DNA of 64,000 nucleotides from Nitrosopumilus sp. (GCA_965249555.1 OZ252243.1:832001-896000); one strand, 5' to 3'; positions 1-9,825 are shown, counted from the stretch's first letter. Notes: generated by a model from the sequence alone, not told the origin. Numbers and translations: made by a program.

Positions 1-178
1 TATCAAGAATCATCCACCCTGCAACATTAGCAAATGCACTAAATGCTGCTGAAATTACAATTCCTACAAAAAAGAACGGAATTGCAAAAAGGAACATGTA
101 AAGTGGAAGGTAAAGAACTTGAGAAGAAAGAGAATGCATCACATAAAGTATCAGTGGTAAAACAACAACAATACCAAT
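1..178 (-). pseudogene. Fragment of a membrane protein, possibly the TM region of a spermidine-synthase-like fusion; runs off the window
   Basis: Manual translation IGIVVVLPLILYVMHSLSSQVLYLPLYMFLFAIPFFFVGIVISAAFSAFANVAG, with an in-frame stop just upstream. Confidence 0.3.
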
Positions 179-478
179 TTATGATACAATGGTAAGATCA
201 CCAAGAGATGTCGCATACCAAAGCCAATAATTGAGATGTTAGGTGATCCAGATAGTTTGAAATTGATTGTTCGTGGAAAAGAGATTATCATGACTGGTAA
301 TTGATCACAAACATTAAAAATAGAATAGGGGTTGATTTTGTATGGCACAGAAAAAATGCCCAAAATGTGGAGAATACTATGATGAACACACAAACCATCA
401 ATGTGGTACATTAGGTGGAAGTGGAGACATAACAAAACAAGGTTCAGAAGAATCTGGACCTGGAATAGGTGGACAGGA

Positions 479-949
479 TTAATCTATATTGTGATTTATT
501 TTTGTAAATAAATTATTCAAATTTGTGTAATTGTATCCTGGATTTTCTTTTCTTGATTTATCAAATACTTGTTTTATTTTAGAATCATCATATAACATCT
601 TGATATTTCTTCCATGTTGATGCAATACATGATCAAAATTCAACAGTTTATCTTTTTCAAACTCTGCCAAATATTCATAATGGTTGAGAACCTTGTATAT
701 CTTATTATCATCTAATTCATTGGATTTTCCATCACTGATTTTGCACAATATTTCTCTAAAATCCTCACGTCTTACAGTATCAATCATTCTCAGACTAAGA
801 TCAGCAGATGCTATCTTTGCACGTTGTATGTTTTGCCAAGCCAAAAAAAAGATAGTTCCAGCAGCCATGACCATACCAATGATTCCCCAGAAATCAGGAT
901 ATTCCATTATCGTCATGCCAAATATGGGATTAATTTGGGTTTCTAACAC
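479..949 (-). CDS. Membrane-anchored DUF4760-like protein
   Basis: N-terminal TM helix followed by VLNHYEYLA, resembling the DUF4760 LNxxExxA motif. Confidence 0.5.
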   Translation of the reverse strand: MLETQINPIFGMTIMEYPDFWGIIGMVMAAGTIFFLAWQNIQRAKIASADLSLRMIDTVRREDFREILCKISDGKSNELDDNKIYKVLNHYEYLAEFEKDKLLNFDHVLHQHGRNIKMLYDDSKIKQVFDKSRKENPGYNYTNLNNLFTKINHNID

Positions 950-966
950 ACCAAAGAACAGTTAGT

Positions 967-989
967 TGAGACATGGGCATAATCCATTC
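967..989 (+). mobile_element. Orphan terminal end of the DDE IS found at 19447-21843
   Basis: TGAGACATGGGCATAATCCATTC is the exact reverse complement of 21821-21843. Confidence 0.75.
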
Positions 990-1139
990 GTATGTATCAA
1001 CCTTTACGCACAAATCAATAAGCCTCGTATGGATACATGTCCGTCATCTTTTGTTTGAAAGCATTCCCTAGCGAAGGCTATGCCTTGGGATGCAAAAAAG
1101 TGGGAAATGTTTAAAAACAATTCACATGGATACATACGA
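988..1139. mobile_element. Possible 152-bp MITE-like element
   Basis: Perfect 11-bp inverted repeats TCGTATGTATC (988-998) and GATACATACGA (1129-1139); abuts the orphan IS end. Confidence 0.4.
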
Positions 1140-1261
1140 GAATATATGTTCATGCTTATTCATAATTATAAACATTCAGAAAATAACGATCATTATTTTT
1201 TGAATTGTGATCATAATTTTGTTGATAGACTTTTTATAGGTCATTTTTGTAAAGTGTCTAG

Positions 1262-1738
1262 TTGACCGCTTCATCTCTTGCAGGTTTTTTCAATGGAATC
1301 AACAGAACCCTTTCCATGGATCAATTTGATGATAAACTAGAAGTTCAAAAAATAACTTACCTTGCTCAAGAATCTGGGATTGACCTAGGGTATGAATTTG
1401 AATGGTACATACGAGGTCCATATTGTAAACAAGTTTCTGAAGATGCACATACAGCTATAGATAATAAACTAACTGAACACCCAAATGATGTTGATTTAAA
1501 TCAAGAACAAGTTGAAGAGTTTGGAGAAATGTTAAGACCACATCTTGACAACACAGATTGGTTAGAAATTGCAGCTTCAATATTATATCTAAAAAATGAA
1601 AATTATGGAGATAAAGAATTATACGATATTATTGGCTACCTATTAGAAGACCTTACTTATGGTTACAAAAATTTTGAAGAAACTTTAGTTCGTAGGGTTT
1701 TAGCTGATATGCTAAAATTAAACATAATAACAGCATAA
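1262..1738 (+). CDS. YwgA / Panacea (SocA, DUF4065) / DarG-C-terminal-like winged-helix protein, putative antitoxin
   Basis: Motif QKITYLAQ..G..LGYEFEWY..GPY and downstream LEIAASILYL. Confidence 0.65.
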   Translation: MTASSLAGFFNGINRTLSMDQFDDKLEVQKITYLAQESGIDLGYEFEWYIRGPYCKQVSEDAHTAIDNKLTEHPNDVDLNQEQVEEFGEMLRPHLDNTDWLEIAASILYLKNENYGDKELYDIIGYLLEDLTYGYKNFEETLVRRVLADMLKLNIITA

Positions 1739-1782
1739 CAGAATATTTAAAACTATATTCTCTATCGTTAAATAGTATTAAT

Positions 1783-2787
1783 TTGTTTGATCAAAAATGG
1801 AAAGAAATTCTTCAAGATGTAAAAGATAATGGTATTACAGTTAAACGAGGTGAAAAAAGAGCATTCAGAGAGAAAATTTCATATCAATTTCAAATAGATG
1901 ACCCAAGAGATAGGATACTTTTTAACAAAAATTTTGGTTTGAATATATTTCAATGTATAGGACAGTTTTTGTGGATTACACAAGGTAGTTTCAATGCTGA
2001 AACAATCAAATATTATGCTCCATTTTCGTCAAAGTATTCTTCTGATGGATTCAAGATGATTGGTGCTTATGGACCAAGATTATTTGGAATACATCATTTA
2101 GAACAAATCAAACACGTTATCAATGTACTAGATGAAGACACATCCAGAAGAAGGGCAGTCGCATCAATTTATCTTCCACAATTTGATCAACACAAAACAG
2201 CCGATGAAGTACCTTGTACACTAAATTTACAGTATTTAGTACGAGAGCAAAAAGTTCAATCAGTCACATACATGCGAAGTCAAAATGCCTTTAGGCTTTT
2301 GCCTTATGATGTATTTTTATTTACAATGTTACAAGAGTACGTCAATGCAGTTTTGACTACTGCACACAATACAAAACTAGGAAAATACAATCATTATAGT
2401 GGTAGTTTTCATATTTACATGGATGAATTAAATGTAATTGAAAATGTTTTAGAAGATAATACAAATGAAACTTTCCAAATGGAACCCATGCCATCAAAAA
2501 ATATCATTTTAAAATTACAAAAATTAAATAGATTTGAATCAATAGTTAGAACTATCATCTCTTCACATGAAAAAAGAAATAATTCCATTGATTTTGATTT
2601 TCTGTTTGAAATTTGTGAAGAATGGTTTGATGATTCTTATTGGAAACAATTTGCTTTATTATTGATTTGTTATGGTGCAATAATAATGAAAAATGATGAA
2701 AACAGAGATCGTGTCATATCATCATTAGAGCCAATTTACAAGTACATGGTACAAATGTATATTAATAAAAAAGCAAATTCAAGTTAA
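1783..2787 (+). CDS. Thymidylate synthase superfamily protein, (d)CMP hydroxymethylase-like
   Basis: GAYGPRL, RRRAV, catalytic VPCT, MRSQN...PYD and SFHIY motifs; Asp at the E. coli ThyA Asn177 position. Confidence 0.85.
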   Translation: MFDQKWKEILQDVKDNGITVKRGEKRAFREKISYQFQIDDPRDRILFNKNFGLNIFQCIGQFLWITQGSFNAETIKYYAPFSSKYSSDGFKMIGAYGPRLFGIHHLEQIKHVINVLDEDTSRRRAVASIYLPQFDQHKTADEVPCTLNLQYLVREQKVQSVTYMRSQNAFRLLPYDVFLFTMLQEYVNAVLTTAHNTKLGKYNHYSGSFHIYMDELNVIENVLEDNTNETFQMEPMPSKNIILKLQKLNRFESIVRTIISSHEKRNNSIDFDFLFEICEEWFDDSYWKQFALLLICYGAIIMKNDENRDRVISSLEPIYKYMVQMYINKKANSS

Positions 2788-3315
2788 AATTGAATTAGAA
2801 TATTTACGAAGTGAACGATACCAATCTAATTTCTCATTATACTTTGTATCAGCATAACTCTGTCCACTTGTTGAAGGTACAAGATAAATTCGTATGTCCT
2901 CATACTTGTATTGAAACCCATATTCTAAGTTGGAATATTGATTCTGTGAATATATCCTAAAACCCATTTTACCAACAAATGCAACTATTTTAGGCTTGAA
3001 TAAATTCAGAGTTCGATTGAGTCTTCTGGTACTTTTAATCGTGTATCTCTGTTTAATATCAGAAACTGTTCTAGTAGGTATTTTAACAATATCTGTTAGA
3101 CCATAACCAAACTTTAACATTTCTCTGTCATCTTCAGTTTTTAGTAATATGTTAGTTAGGCTTGATTCATACATTAATTTCCAAAATACATTAGAGTGTC
3201 CTGCAAAATAATGGCCAATTTGTGATGAACGTACACCGGGACTAGTACCTACAAAAAAAATTTTTAATTTTTTTTTCAAAATATCAGGTAAGGGCTTTAG
3301 TTTTGCATTCAACAA
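2779..3315 (-). CDS. mug: Mug/TDG-family (UDG family 2) mismatch DNA glycosylase, variant motif 1
   Basis: VGTSPG..S...GHYFAG.SN.FW, GLTDIVK.PT and VPSTSG motifs. Confidence 0.8.
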   Translation of the reverse strand: MLNAKLKPLPDILKKKLKIFFVGTSPGVRSSQIGHYFAGHSNVFWKLMYESSLTNILLKTEDDREMLKFGYGLTDIVKIPTRTVSDIKQRYTIKSTRRLNRTLNLFKPKIVAFVGKMGFRIYSQNQYSNLEYGFQYKYEDIRIYLVPSTSGQSYADTKYNEKLDWYRSLRKYSNSILT

Positions 3316-3568
3316 CTATTTGTAAAAAGACTCATAAAAAAAGATATGATAGTACGTAAAATGAATCCTTTTACCAAGTATAGATTACCCAATTTGGAAC
3401 AATTAAGATTTGATCATTAAATCTCTCATAGAGATTCACCATTATAGTTCAAACCATTAATATGACTAAACAAATCTTTGAACGAGATTTACAATATTAG
3501 TTTGACACTTTAAAATCAATTTCCATAATACTTGAGACTACAGGGTTTGGTTACTATAGTTTAAATCT

Positions 3569-3814
3569 CTAAACTTTTCTTCCGCTTTTCTTAACTTTAG
3601 CAACAGTTCGGCCATAGGATTTTCCAACCGGATTAACATCCACAGTTTTTCCGCCAATTTTTTTATTTAAATTATTTTTTGCTGTCACAAATCCTCGTTG
3701 TCCTTTTTCTGGAGCGTCTTTATCAGCTATTCTGATGTAATTACTGCCTCTAACTGGTCTATCTATTTTGAATGTGTCCCCATCAATTACTTTAGTAACT
3801 TTTCTTTTAACCAT
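3569..3814 (-). CDS. Short staphylococcal-nuclease (thermonuclease)-like protein
   Basis: VIDGDT, IR..DAPE and YGRTVA motifs; only 81 aa. Confidence 0.75.
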   Translation of the reverse strand: MVKRKVTKVIDGDTFKIDRPVRGSNYIRIADKDAPEKGQRGFVTAKNNLNKKIGGKTVDVNPVGKSYGRTVAKVKKSGRKV

Positions 3815-4080
3815 ACTTGTGCTAAATTCACTATAATCATACTTAACTTACATGAATATCACAATAACCCGATCAGGCAAATTCTTTATAAAATAAATTC
3901 TAAAATTATTTCCAAAAGTAAAAAATAAAGTCATAACTTGCTACAACAATAACTGTAAAAACTATCAGTCCTTTTACCTCAAATTTTCGAAATACAATTA
4001 CATAAGATAGCCAAGGTTGAATATTTGTTCTTTTTTTGTAGATTATATTTTTTTATACATCTAATTACACTCAAACCATA

Positions 4081-5556
4081 TTGGACTTAAAACAATGGTA
4101 TCTAAAATATATCAATTACTTTAGAGAAGAGTATGAAAAATTATCTGTTGATGAAAAGAAAGGTATCAACAACACAAACAATTTTTTAAACCCATGCCAG
4201 ATTGAAATTTTTTGGGTTACTGATCCAGATTACCAATTAATAATACAATCTAATTTTAATGACAGACCAGATAAAGAAATCATTGTAAATGGACCATACA
4301 AACCACATGAATTTCATTCCAAGGTAATTGCAATATTAAACGACAAAAGATGGATACGTAACTTTAAGCAAAATTTGCCATACAGATATGAACAATTTGA
4401 CACTATAGGGGAGAAAATGGCCACAGAGGTTTGGAAGTTTATCGAGATGAGCAAGAATTATCCCTATACATCACAAAGAAGAGATCCTCATCCATTAACT
4501 GGGATGGCACTTGATGATACTTGGACTAGTACTCGTGTTGGTAATATTGGAGATCTTGATCATATACAAGAAATTAACAATATAATTCAAAAAATCAAAC
4601 AGCAAGCCAAATTCAAACAAGAAATAATACATACATCACAACAACCAACATCACTTGCAAATGACACATTTGATGGGTTTGGAGTTCATTTGTTTCCTCC
4701 AATTGTGATAGGTTCATTACACAAACGCAGTATAGAGGAATTAGTCTATAATACATCAAATTATCAGATACGTAATAATAAAGCATTTGATATGAAGATT
4801 TGTAATAAACAAATCATCGTCAACAAAGATGGGTTTATCTTTGTTGAAAGTAATAGTAAAGAAAATGCATTAAAAATTCTAAATCTAATCATGGCATTAG
4901 GTGTATTTTATAAATTTCCTCTGCATGCTGTTCGTGAGTATGAGTTGGTTATGGCTAACTATGACAAACAAAATTTAACTGTGACTAACATGCAATGGAA
5001 TACTGAAACGAGACGAGCACATCTAATGGATGATTTCTTTAATCCTATGTATAGTGGTAGCAATGTAAAAACCAATGTAAAATCAGATACCATAAAGGAA
5101 ATTCTCTCAAACACTGAAAAATTACTTGTACACGAAAAATTATCAGAAGACATGAGATTGCTCAATGAGGGCTTGACTCATTTTATTAACTCAGAATTTG
5201 CTCCATCTTTTATCATGGGTTGGAGTGTAATAGAGAGACATTACTCTGATCTCTGGAACACGTTCCTCTATCAGAAAAATATTGATCATGAACGTTTATC
5301 CAAACTAAACAATTTAGGTCAATGGACAATTGACTATATTTTGGAAGTTCTTAGCCTTCAAGACAAAATTGATGAGAATTCTTTTGATCTTTTAATGGAA
5401 CTAAAAAGAAAGCGTAACAAGTTCTATCATAATGGAAAGCAAGTAACAAAAGAGGATGCTGATCGCTGTCTTAAATGTGCTATGAAACTAGTTGTTGAGA
5501 AAATTAATCTGTACATTAAATTATCAGATAATCTAATGCTTACAAATATATCCTGA
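4081..5556 (+). CDS. HEPN-domain protein (ApeA-like), putative RNase effector
   Basis: C-terminal W.VIE and RNKFYH (R-X4-H) motifs. Confidence 0.65.
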   Translation: MDLKQWYLKYINYFREEYEKLSVDEKKGINNTNNFLNPCQIEIFWVTDPDYQLIIQSNFNDRPDKEIIVNGPYKPHEFHSKVIAILNDKRWIRNFKQNLPYRYEQFDTIGEKMATEVWKFIEMSKNYPYTSQRRDPHPLTGMALDDTWTSTRVGNIGDLDHIQEINNIIQKIKQQAKFKQEIIHTSQQPTSLANDTFDGFGVHLFPPIVIGSLHKRSIEELVYNTSNYQIRNNKAFDMKICNKQIIVNKDGFIFVESNSKENALKILNLIMALGVFYKFPLHAVREYELVMANYDKQNLTVTNMQWNTETRRAHLMDDFFNPMYSGSNVKTNVKSDTIKEILSNTEKLLVHEKLSEDMRLLNEGLTHFINSEFAPSFIMGWSVIERHYSDLWNTFLYQKNIDHERLSKLNNLGQWTIDYILEVLSLQDKIDENSFDLLMELKRKRNKFYHNGKQVTKEDADRCLKCAMKLVVEKINLYIKLSDNLMLTNIS

Positions 5557-5944
5557 TGTGATAAAACAATATCCCTTAAGATCAGATTGGCAGAGTAATG
5601 TGAAGAGAAATTAATGACATTCTAAGATTGTATGAGTTTAGCTGGTTATCTAATGAGAAAAATAGTTGCTGGCTAAAAACGTTTTTTGCCAAAATCAGAA
5701 GCATTTTTCATAAGGTAATTTTATGATTGGATTTCTCCATGTAATCGTAAATTATCACAAGGGATTTGAAAAGGATATCTCTGATGTGGAATACATTTTT
5801 CTATATCCATTATTTCTAATTTAGGAATCAAGTCATATCCATAAGAAGTATAATAAAAAAAATATTCTTTTTTAATAGAGTTAAAAATACCATGACCGAA
5901 AAGTTGTGGAGGATCTGTTTCATTGGCACCGCCAATTGTAACTA

Positions 5945-7035
5945 TAGCGACGATCAAAAGTTCGTGAACATCTTTGCAGGATTTCTAAAAATATAATTAA
6001 CAACATCAAGTTTGAATTTTTTTTGTTCCAAAGTATTGTGACACTGCATTATTCATTATTGTAAACATTGCATAATATTCTGATACCAACAACACATGCC
6101 TGCTTATCTTCCAACACTGCTCTATCATGTTTAGATATGGTGATCCTTTTGGTAGCCAAATCAGTTTAACATCTGGATTATCTGTCAAAAAGTCCTTGAC
6201 CTTCTTTGATTTGTGCACTGATGCCCTGTCAAGTATCAACGCAATTTTACCATATTTGTAGTGTAACTCTTTTAGATATTCTACAAATGTTATGCCGTTG
6301 AATTTTTTATAAATTCTAAACAGTTGGTCTCCATTGATTGTAATTGTTCCATACACTGCCAAACTTTCATGGTTTCCCACATATGGGAGAAATATTCTTT
6401 TGGCAACTGGTGACCAATATTTTCGTCCTGCTTTTACATCCCTAACAAAGAATGCCTCATCAAGCATTGCAATGGTGAATCCACTCTTTTTTAGGTGTGG
6501 AATTCTCTTTTTCATGCGTTGCTGCCAGCTGCGCACAGCTGTTACACTTGCATGATTGACGTGATATTTTTGTGCAGTTTTAGCAGACATTCCATACTGG
6601 CGCATTATTTTTCTGACATGTGTTATGTGAAATTTTATTCCAGTAGAATCAAATATTGTCTGCTGCAGCATTACAGGTGTAAATAGTGTCAACATAATTT
6701 TGAACATAATAGAATCCATTTGCTTCTTTGGGATTACACATGGTCTTCCACTCCTTGGGTGATCGTAGAGGCCGTCAAGGCCATCTACTTTAAAACGATC
6801 AACCCATTTGCGTACCCAGTTTGTACAGCGGTATAGTGTTTGTGCGGTGTACTCTAATTCCTTACCCTCTTTGAGAACCATTAGTACTGCAAGCATCCTG
6901 ACTGCCGCTTTGGAGTTTTCCTTTTTGTATGCTACTTCAAGCTGTTCTAACTTGTTCATGTGTTTCATTGTGTGTGGTGATCAAAAAGTCTTTCGTTTTG
7001 ATGATTTTTAGTTCACGAACTTTGGCTCTTCGCTA
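5945..7035 (-). mobile_element. IS630-family insertion sequence
   Basis: Terminal inverted repeats 5943-5969 and 7011-7037 (24/27 match including flanking TA); TA duplication at 5943-44 and 7036-37. Confidence 0.9.
6006..6968 (-). CDS. IS630-family transposase
   Basis: HTH with PRSGRP; DDE triad LDEA, LDRASVH, PYLNMIEQCW. Confidence 0.92.
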   Translation of the reverse strand: MKHMNKLEQLEVAYKKENSKAAVRMLAVLMVLKEGKELEYTAQTLYRCTNWVRKWVDRFKVDGLDGLYDHPRSGRPCVIPKKQMDSIMFKIMLTLFTPVMLQQTIFDSTGIKFHITHVRKIMRQYGMSAKTAQKYHVNHASVTAVRSWQQRMKKRIPHLKKSGFTIAMLDEAFFVRDVKAGRKYWSPVAKRIFLPYVGNHESLAVYGTITINGDQLFRIYKKFNGITFVEYLKELHYKYGKIALILDRASVHKSKKVKDFLTDNPDVKLIWLPKGSPYLNMIEQCWKISRHVLLVSEYYAMFTIMNNAVSQYFGTKKIQT

Positions 7036-7164
7036 TACAAACTATTGTTTTACCACTAATATTATTTCAATCCATAATTTAAAAAATAAAAAATAAGATA
7101 AAATAATTGCGATCAAAGAAAAACAACTCAAAACTTATAATGGCATATTAGATCGATCCGTTAC

Positions 7165-7935
7165 TTGTGGAATAATAAACCAATCAACATCAAAACAGCA
7201 ATAAAACCTCTTGGAGGATGTCAGGATCAACCTTGGTTGATGGAAGATGATGATAAAAAACAATATGTAGTAAAATTCAGAAGAAATGACAATATTCCAA
7301 CTATCATGAATGAGATTTTTGCAAACAAATTAGCAGTACAATTGAATCTGCCAGTTCCAAAAATGTTTCTTGTAAATGTAGATGAACAATTAATTAACAA
7401 AGTTCCAGAATTAACACAACGTAAAATCAAAGGAGGGAGACATATAGCTACAGAATTTATAAAAAACTCTATCACAATGAATGATTTACTTGGTTTCCCT
7501 ACACAAAACCGTAATATTTTAAATATGGATCAAGTTCCAAAGTTTGTTATTTTTGATATGATGTTATACAACAATGACAGACATAATAAAAATATATTAC
7601 TTGCAAAAAATTACGATGGTAATTACAAATATTACTTGATAGATCATGGAACTATCTTTTGTGGGAAATTTTGGGGAAAATCTATTTATAATTTACGATA
7701 TAAAAAAATACGTAATAATTGGCAAACAAATGGATCTAACTATATCGATGCTTATCAGGATTTTGCAGAAACAGTAAATGATTTAAAAAAATCAGATTAT
7801 TGGAATTCTGCGAATTATATTATAGATGAGTTTTTATTACATTCTCAAACCCCAAAATTCATAGTGAATAAACTCGTTCAGGATAATCAAAAGACAATAC
7901 TTAATTTTATCAATGATTCAATAAAGAGTAGATAA
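7165..7935 (+). CDS. HipA-like (HipA_2, PI3/4-kinase fold) kinase
   Basis: YVVKF, NEIFA, NNDRHNKNIL and LIDHG motifs. Confidence 0.85.
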   Translation: MWNNKPINIKTAIKPLGGCQDQPWLMEDDDKKQYVVKFRRNDNIPTIMNEIFANKLAVQLNLPVPKMFLVNVDEQLINKVPELTQRKIKGGRHIATEFIKNSITMNDLLGFPTQNRNILNMDQVPKFVIFDMMLYNNDRHNKNILLAKNYDGNYKYYLIDHGTIFCGKFWGKSIYNLRYKKIRNNWQTNGSNYIDAYQDFAETVNDLKKSDYWNSANYIIDEFLLHSQTPKFIVNKLVQDNQKTILNFINDSIKSR

Positions 7936-7938
7936 AAA

Positions 7939-8727
7939 ATGACGTGGTTTTCGTATACAGTAGTAAAATTTATTCCAGATCCAGTAAAAGATGAACGAGT
8001 TAATATTGGGGTTATTGTACTTGGTGATGATGGTTCTTGCAAATCTAAATTCGTTAAAAATTTTAATTTCATAAAAAAAATATATTCTATAAGTGATGTT
8101 GATTTATTAGAATTTGTTTTATCAAATTATGATTATAATAAATCCAAACAAGATGTAAATCTTCTTCAGAAGTTATATGAGAATTCTATTCGTGATCATA
8201 GAATAAAGGTAGAATCTCCTCGTGCTATTAATTCAAACTCTATCCTTGTAGCTGTTGATGAATTATTTTTACAAATGATTAGTATTCCTGAAAAACAACA
8301 TATCTCTAATGCTTTGACTGATTTGGATAATAAAATTACAAAAATTTTATACAAAAAAATAAAAATGCAAAGACGATTTGTAAAGCGACATCATTGTGTA
8401 TCGGGTAAAAAAACAAATAGTAAATATGATTATGTGTTTATGAATGGACATGTAACTAACATCCTACAGAGAATATCTTTTGATATTTTAAACAAAGATC
8501 ATGCATTACAAAAAGTAAAATCATTTGTGTATGATTCTATAGATATTCATGAAAAATTAGATAATATAACTTGTGTTGCATATGTACCAACGCCCAAAAA
8601 GATTTGCGAACAACATGTTGAAGCTGTAGAGGTTTTAAAATCATCTAAATATTGTACATTGGTAGATGATAATTCCTTAGAGACATGTTTAGTACGAATT
8701 CATGAAAAGCATACACAAACAAGTTAG
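7939..8727 (+). CDS. DUF3037-domain protein, partner of the HipA-like kinase
   Basis: YTVVKFIPDPVKDERVNIGVI N-terminal signature; starts 3 bp after the kinase. Confidence 0.8.
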   Translation: MTWFSYTVVKFIPDPVKDERVNIGVIVLGDDGSCKSKFVKNFNFIKKIYSISDVDLLEFVLSNYDYNKSKQDVNLLQKLYENSIRDHRIKVESPRAINSNSILVAVDELFLQMISIPEKQHISNALTDLDNKITKILYKKIKMQRRFVKRHHCVSGKKTNSKYDYVFMNGHVTNILQRISFDILNKDHALQKVKSFVYDSIDIHEKLDNITCVAYVPTPKKICEQHVEAVEVLKSSKYCTLVDDNSLETCLVRIHEKHTQTS

Positions 8728-8885
8728 TATTAAAAAAATATTTATTTACAACAATTAAACAACCAAATCCACACAAAGAAACTTTGTCTTATCTCACTAA
8801 TTAATTTCAGAGTCTAAAACAAAAACAGGTATAATTCTGATCGCCATTCTTTTATTCTGACATATATTTTATATCTACAATTACA

Positions 8886-9500
8886 TTGAAAACAACAATA
8901 CTATTGTTGGCAGCAATATTGTTTATTCCAGTAGGAATTAACGGTATATCTGCACAGACAATACTAGGTGGAGATAATACAGATGTAGGGTCTACTGGTC
9001 ATATATTGCTGGATATTACAACATTAGAATCATACAAGTTACATCCTGAAATAACAAGAGAAATGTTAGAGGTTCTGCCAGGTGAACAACCATTAACAGT
9101 AGAATTTGGACAAGCTTATGATGAGATTAATCTTATCGGATTTGGTATAGAGGATCATATCAGATCAGAGTATGTGGAGTTTTTGGAGGATTTACCGATA
9201 ACAACTTTTGGAAAAATGGGTAATGCTTTGAGTGTTGGAATTGATCCATCTTATAAAGATCAATTAGATAATATCAAAGAACAGTTAGAAATTATGTATC
9301 CTAATGTAGATACTGATGTTGTAATTGCATCAACGCTTACATATCACGATACATTTTCTAAAACCTCTACAGTAAATACTGCAATTCCAAATGGTGATAG
9401 AACATCATTAGTTAATACCATACAAGTAACAAATCATGCAACTCTAAACTCTATGACAATAAGCATTACAGTTGATCAGCATCAAACCTGTGACAATTAG
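8886..9500 (+). pseudogene. Secreted/surface protein, truncated, ending in a partial proprotein-convertase P-domain-like segment
   Basis: Signal peptide MKTTILLLAAILFIPVG; C-terminal AIPNG...TIQV...ISITVDQH stops abruptly. Confidence 0.4.
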
Positions 9501-9825
9501 CTGGACTGGTGGATCTTGGGAGATGTTGACTTGGTCTATTGCTGACTTTGATAATCGCCACCATGGTTCTTTTAGAACTCCTGGTGGATTGGCTTACTTT
9601 ATTGTTGGATGGGAATACATTGATGTTGAACAAAACACATTCCACTTGATAGGATTTGTTGATAATGAACGTAATCTATGTAATTCTGAAAACCATGAAC
9701 AAATGTTTACTTTTGATATGTATTGTGATTGTAACGGTACTAATTTTGATATGATTTCAAGACATCCAAATGGATATAATTTCACTGCTAATGATATGCA
9801 GGTTAGTGCTGCTTGTATGTATTGA
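9472..9825 (+). CDS. Hypothetical beta-rich fragment, possibly a frameshifted continuation of 8886-9500
   Basis: Overlaps the end of the previous ORF in another frame. Confidence 0.35.
   Translation: MISIKPVTISWTGGSWEMLTWSIADFDNRHHGSFRTPGGLAYFIVGWEYIDVEQNTFHLIGFVDNERNLCNSENHEQMFTFDMYCDCNGTNFDMISRHPNGYNFTANDMQVSAACMY

Noticed and set aside
151-1265. ORFs 151-435, 684-965 and 1080-1265
   Set aside because: No motifs; antisense to a better ORF, or overlapping the MITE-like scar
1783-2787. Calling this housekeeping thyA
   Set aside because: Asp at the Asn177 position, loss of two conserved acidic residues and island context argue against dTMP synthesis
5721-5957. 78-aa ORF as a gene interrupted by IS630
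   Set aside because: Its start lies in the IS end, and rejoining the flanks gives an in-frame TAG; at most an old remnant
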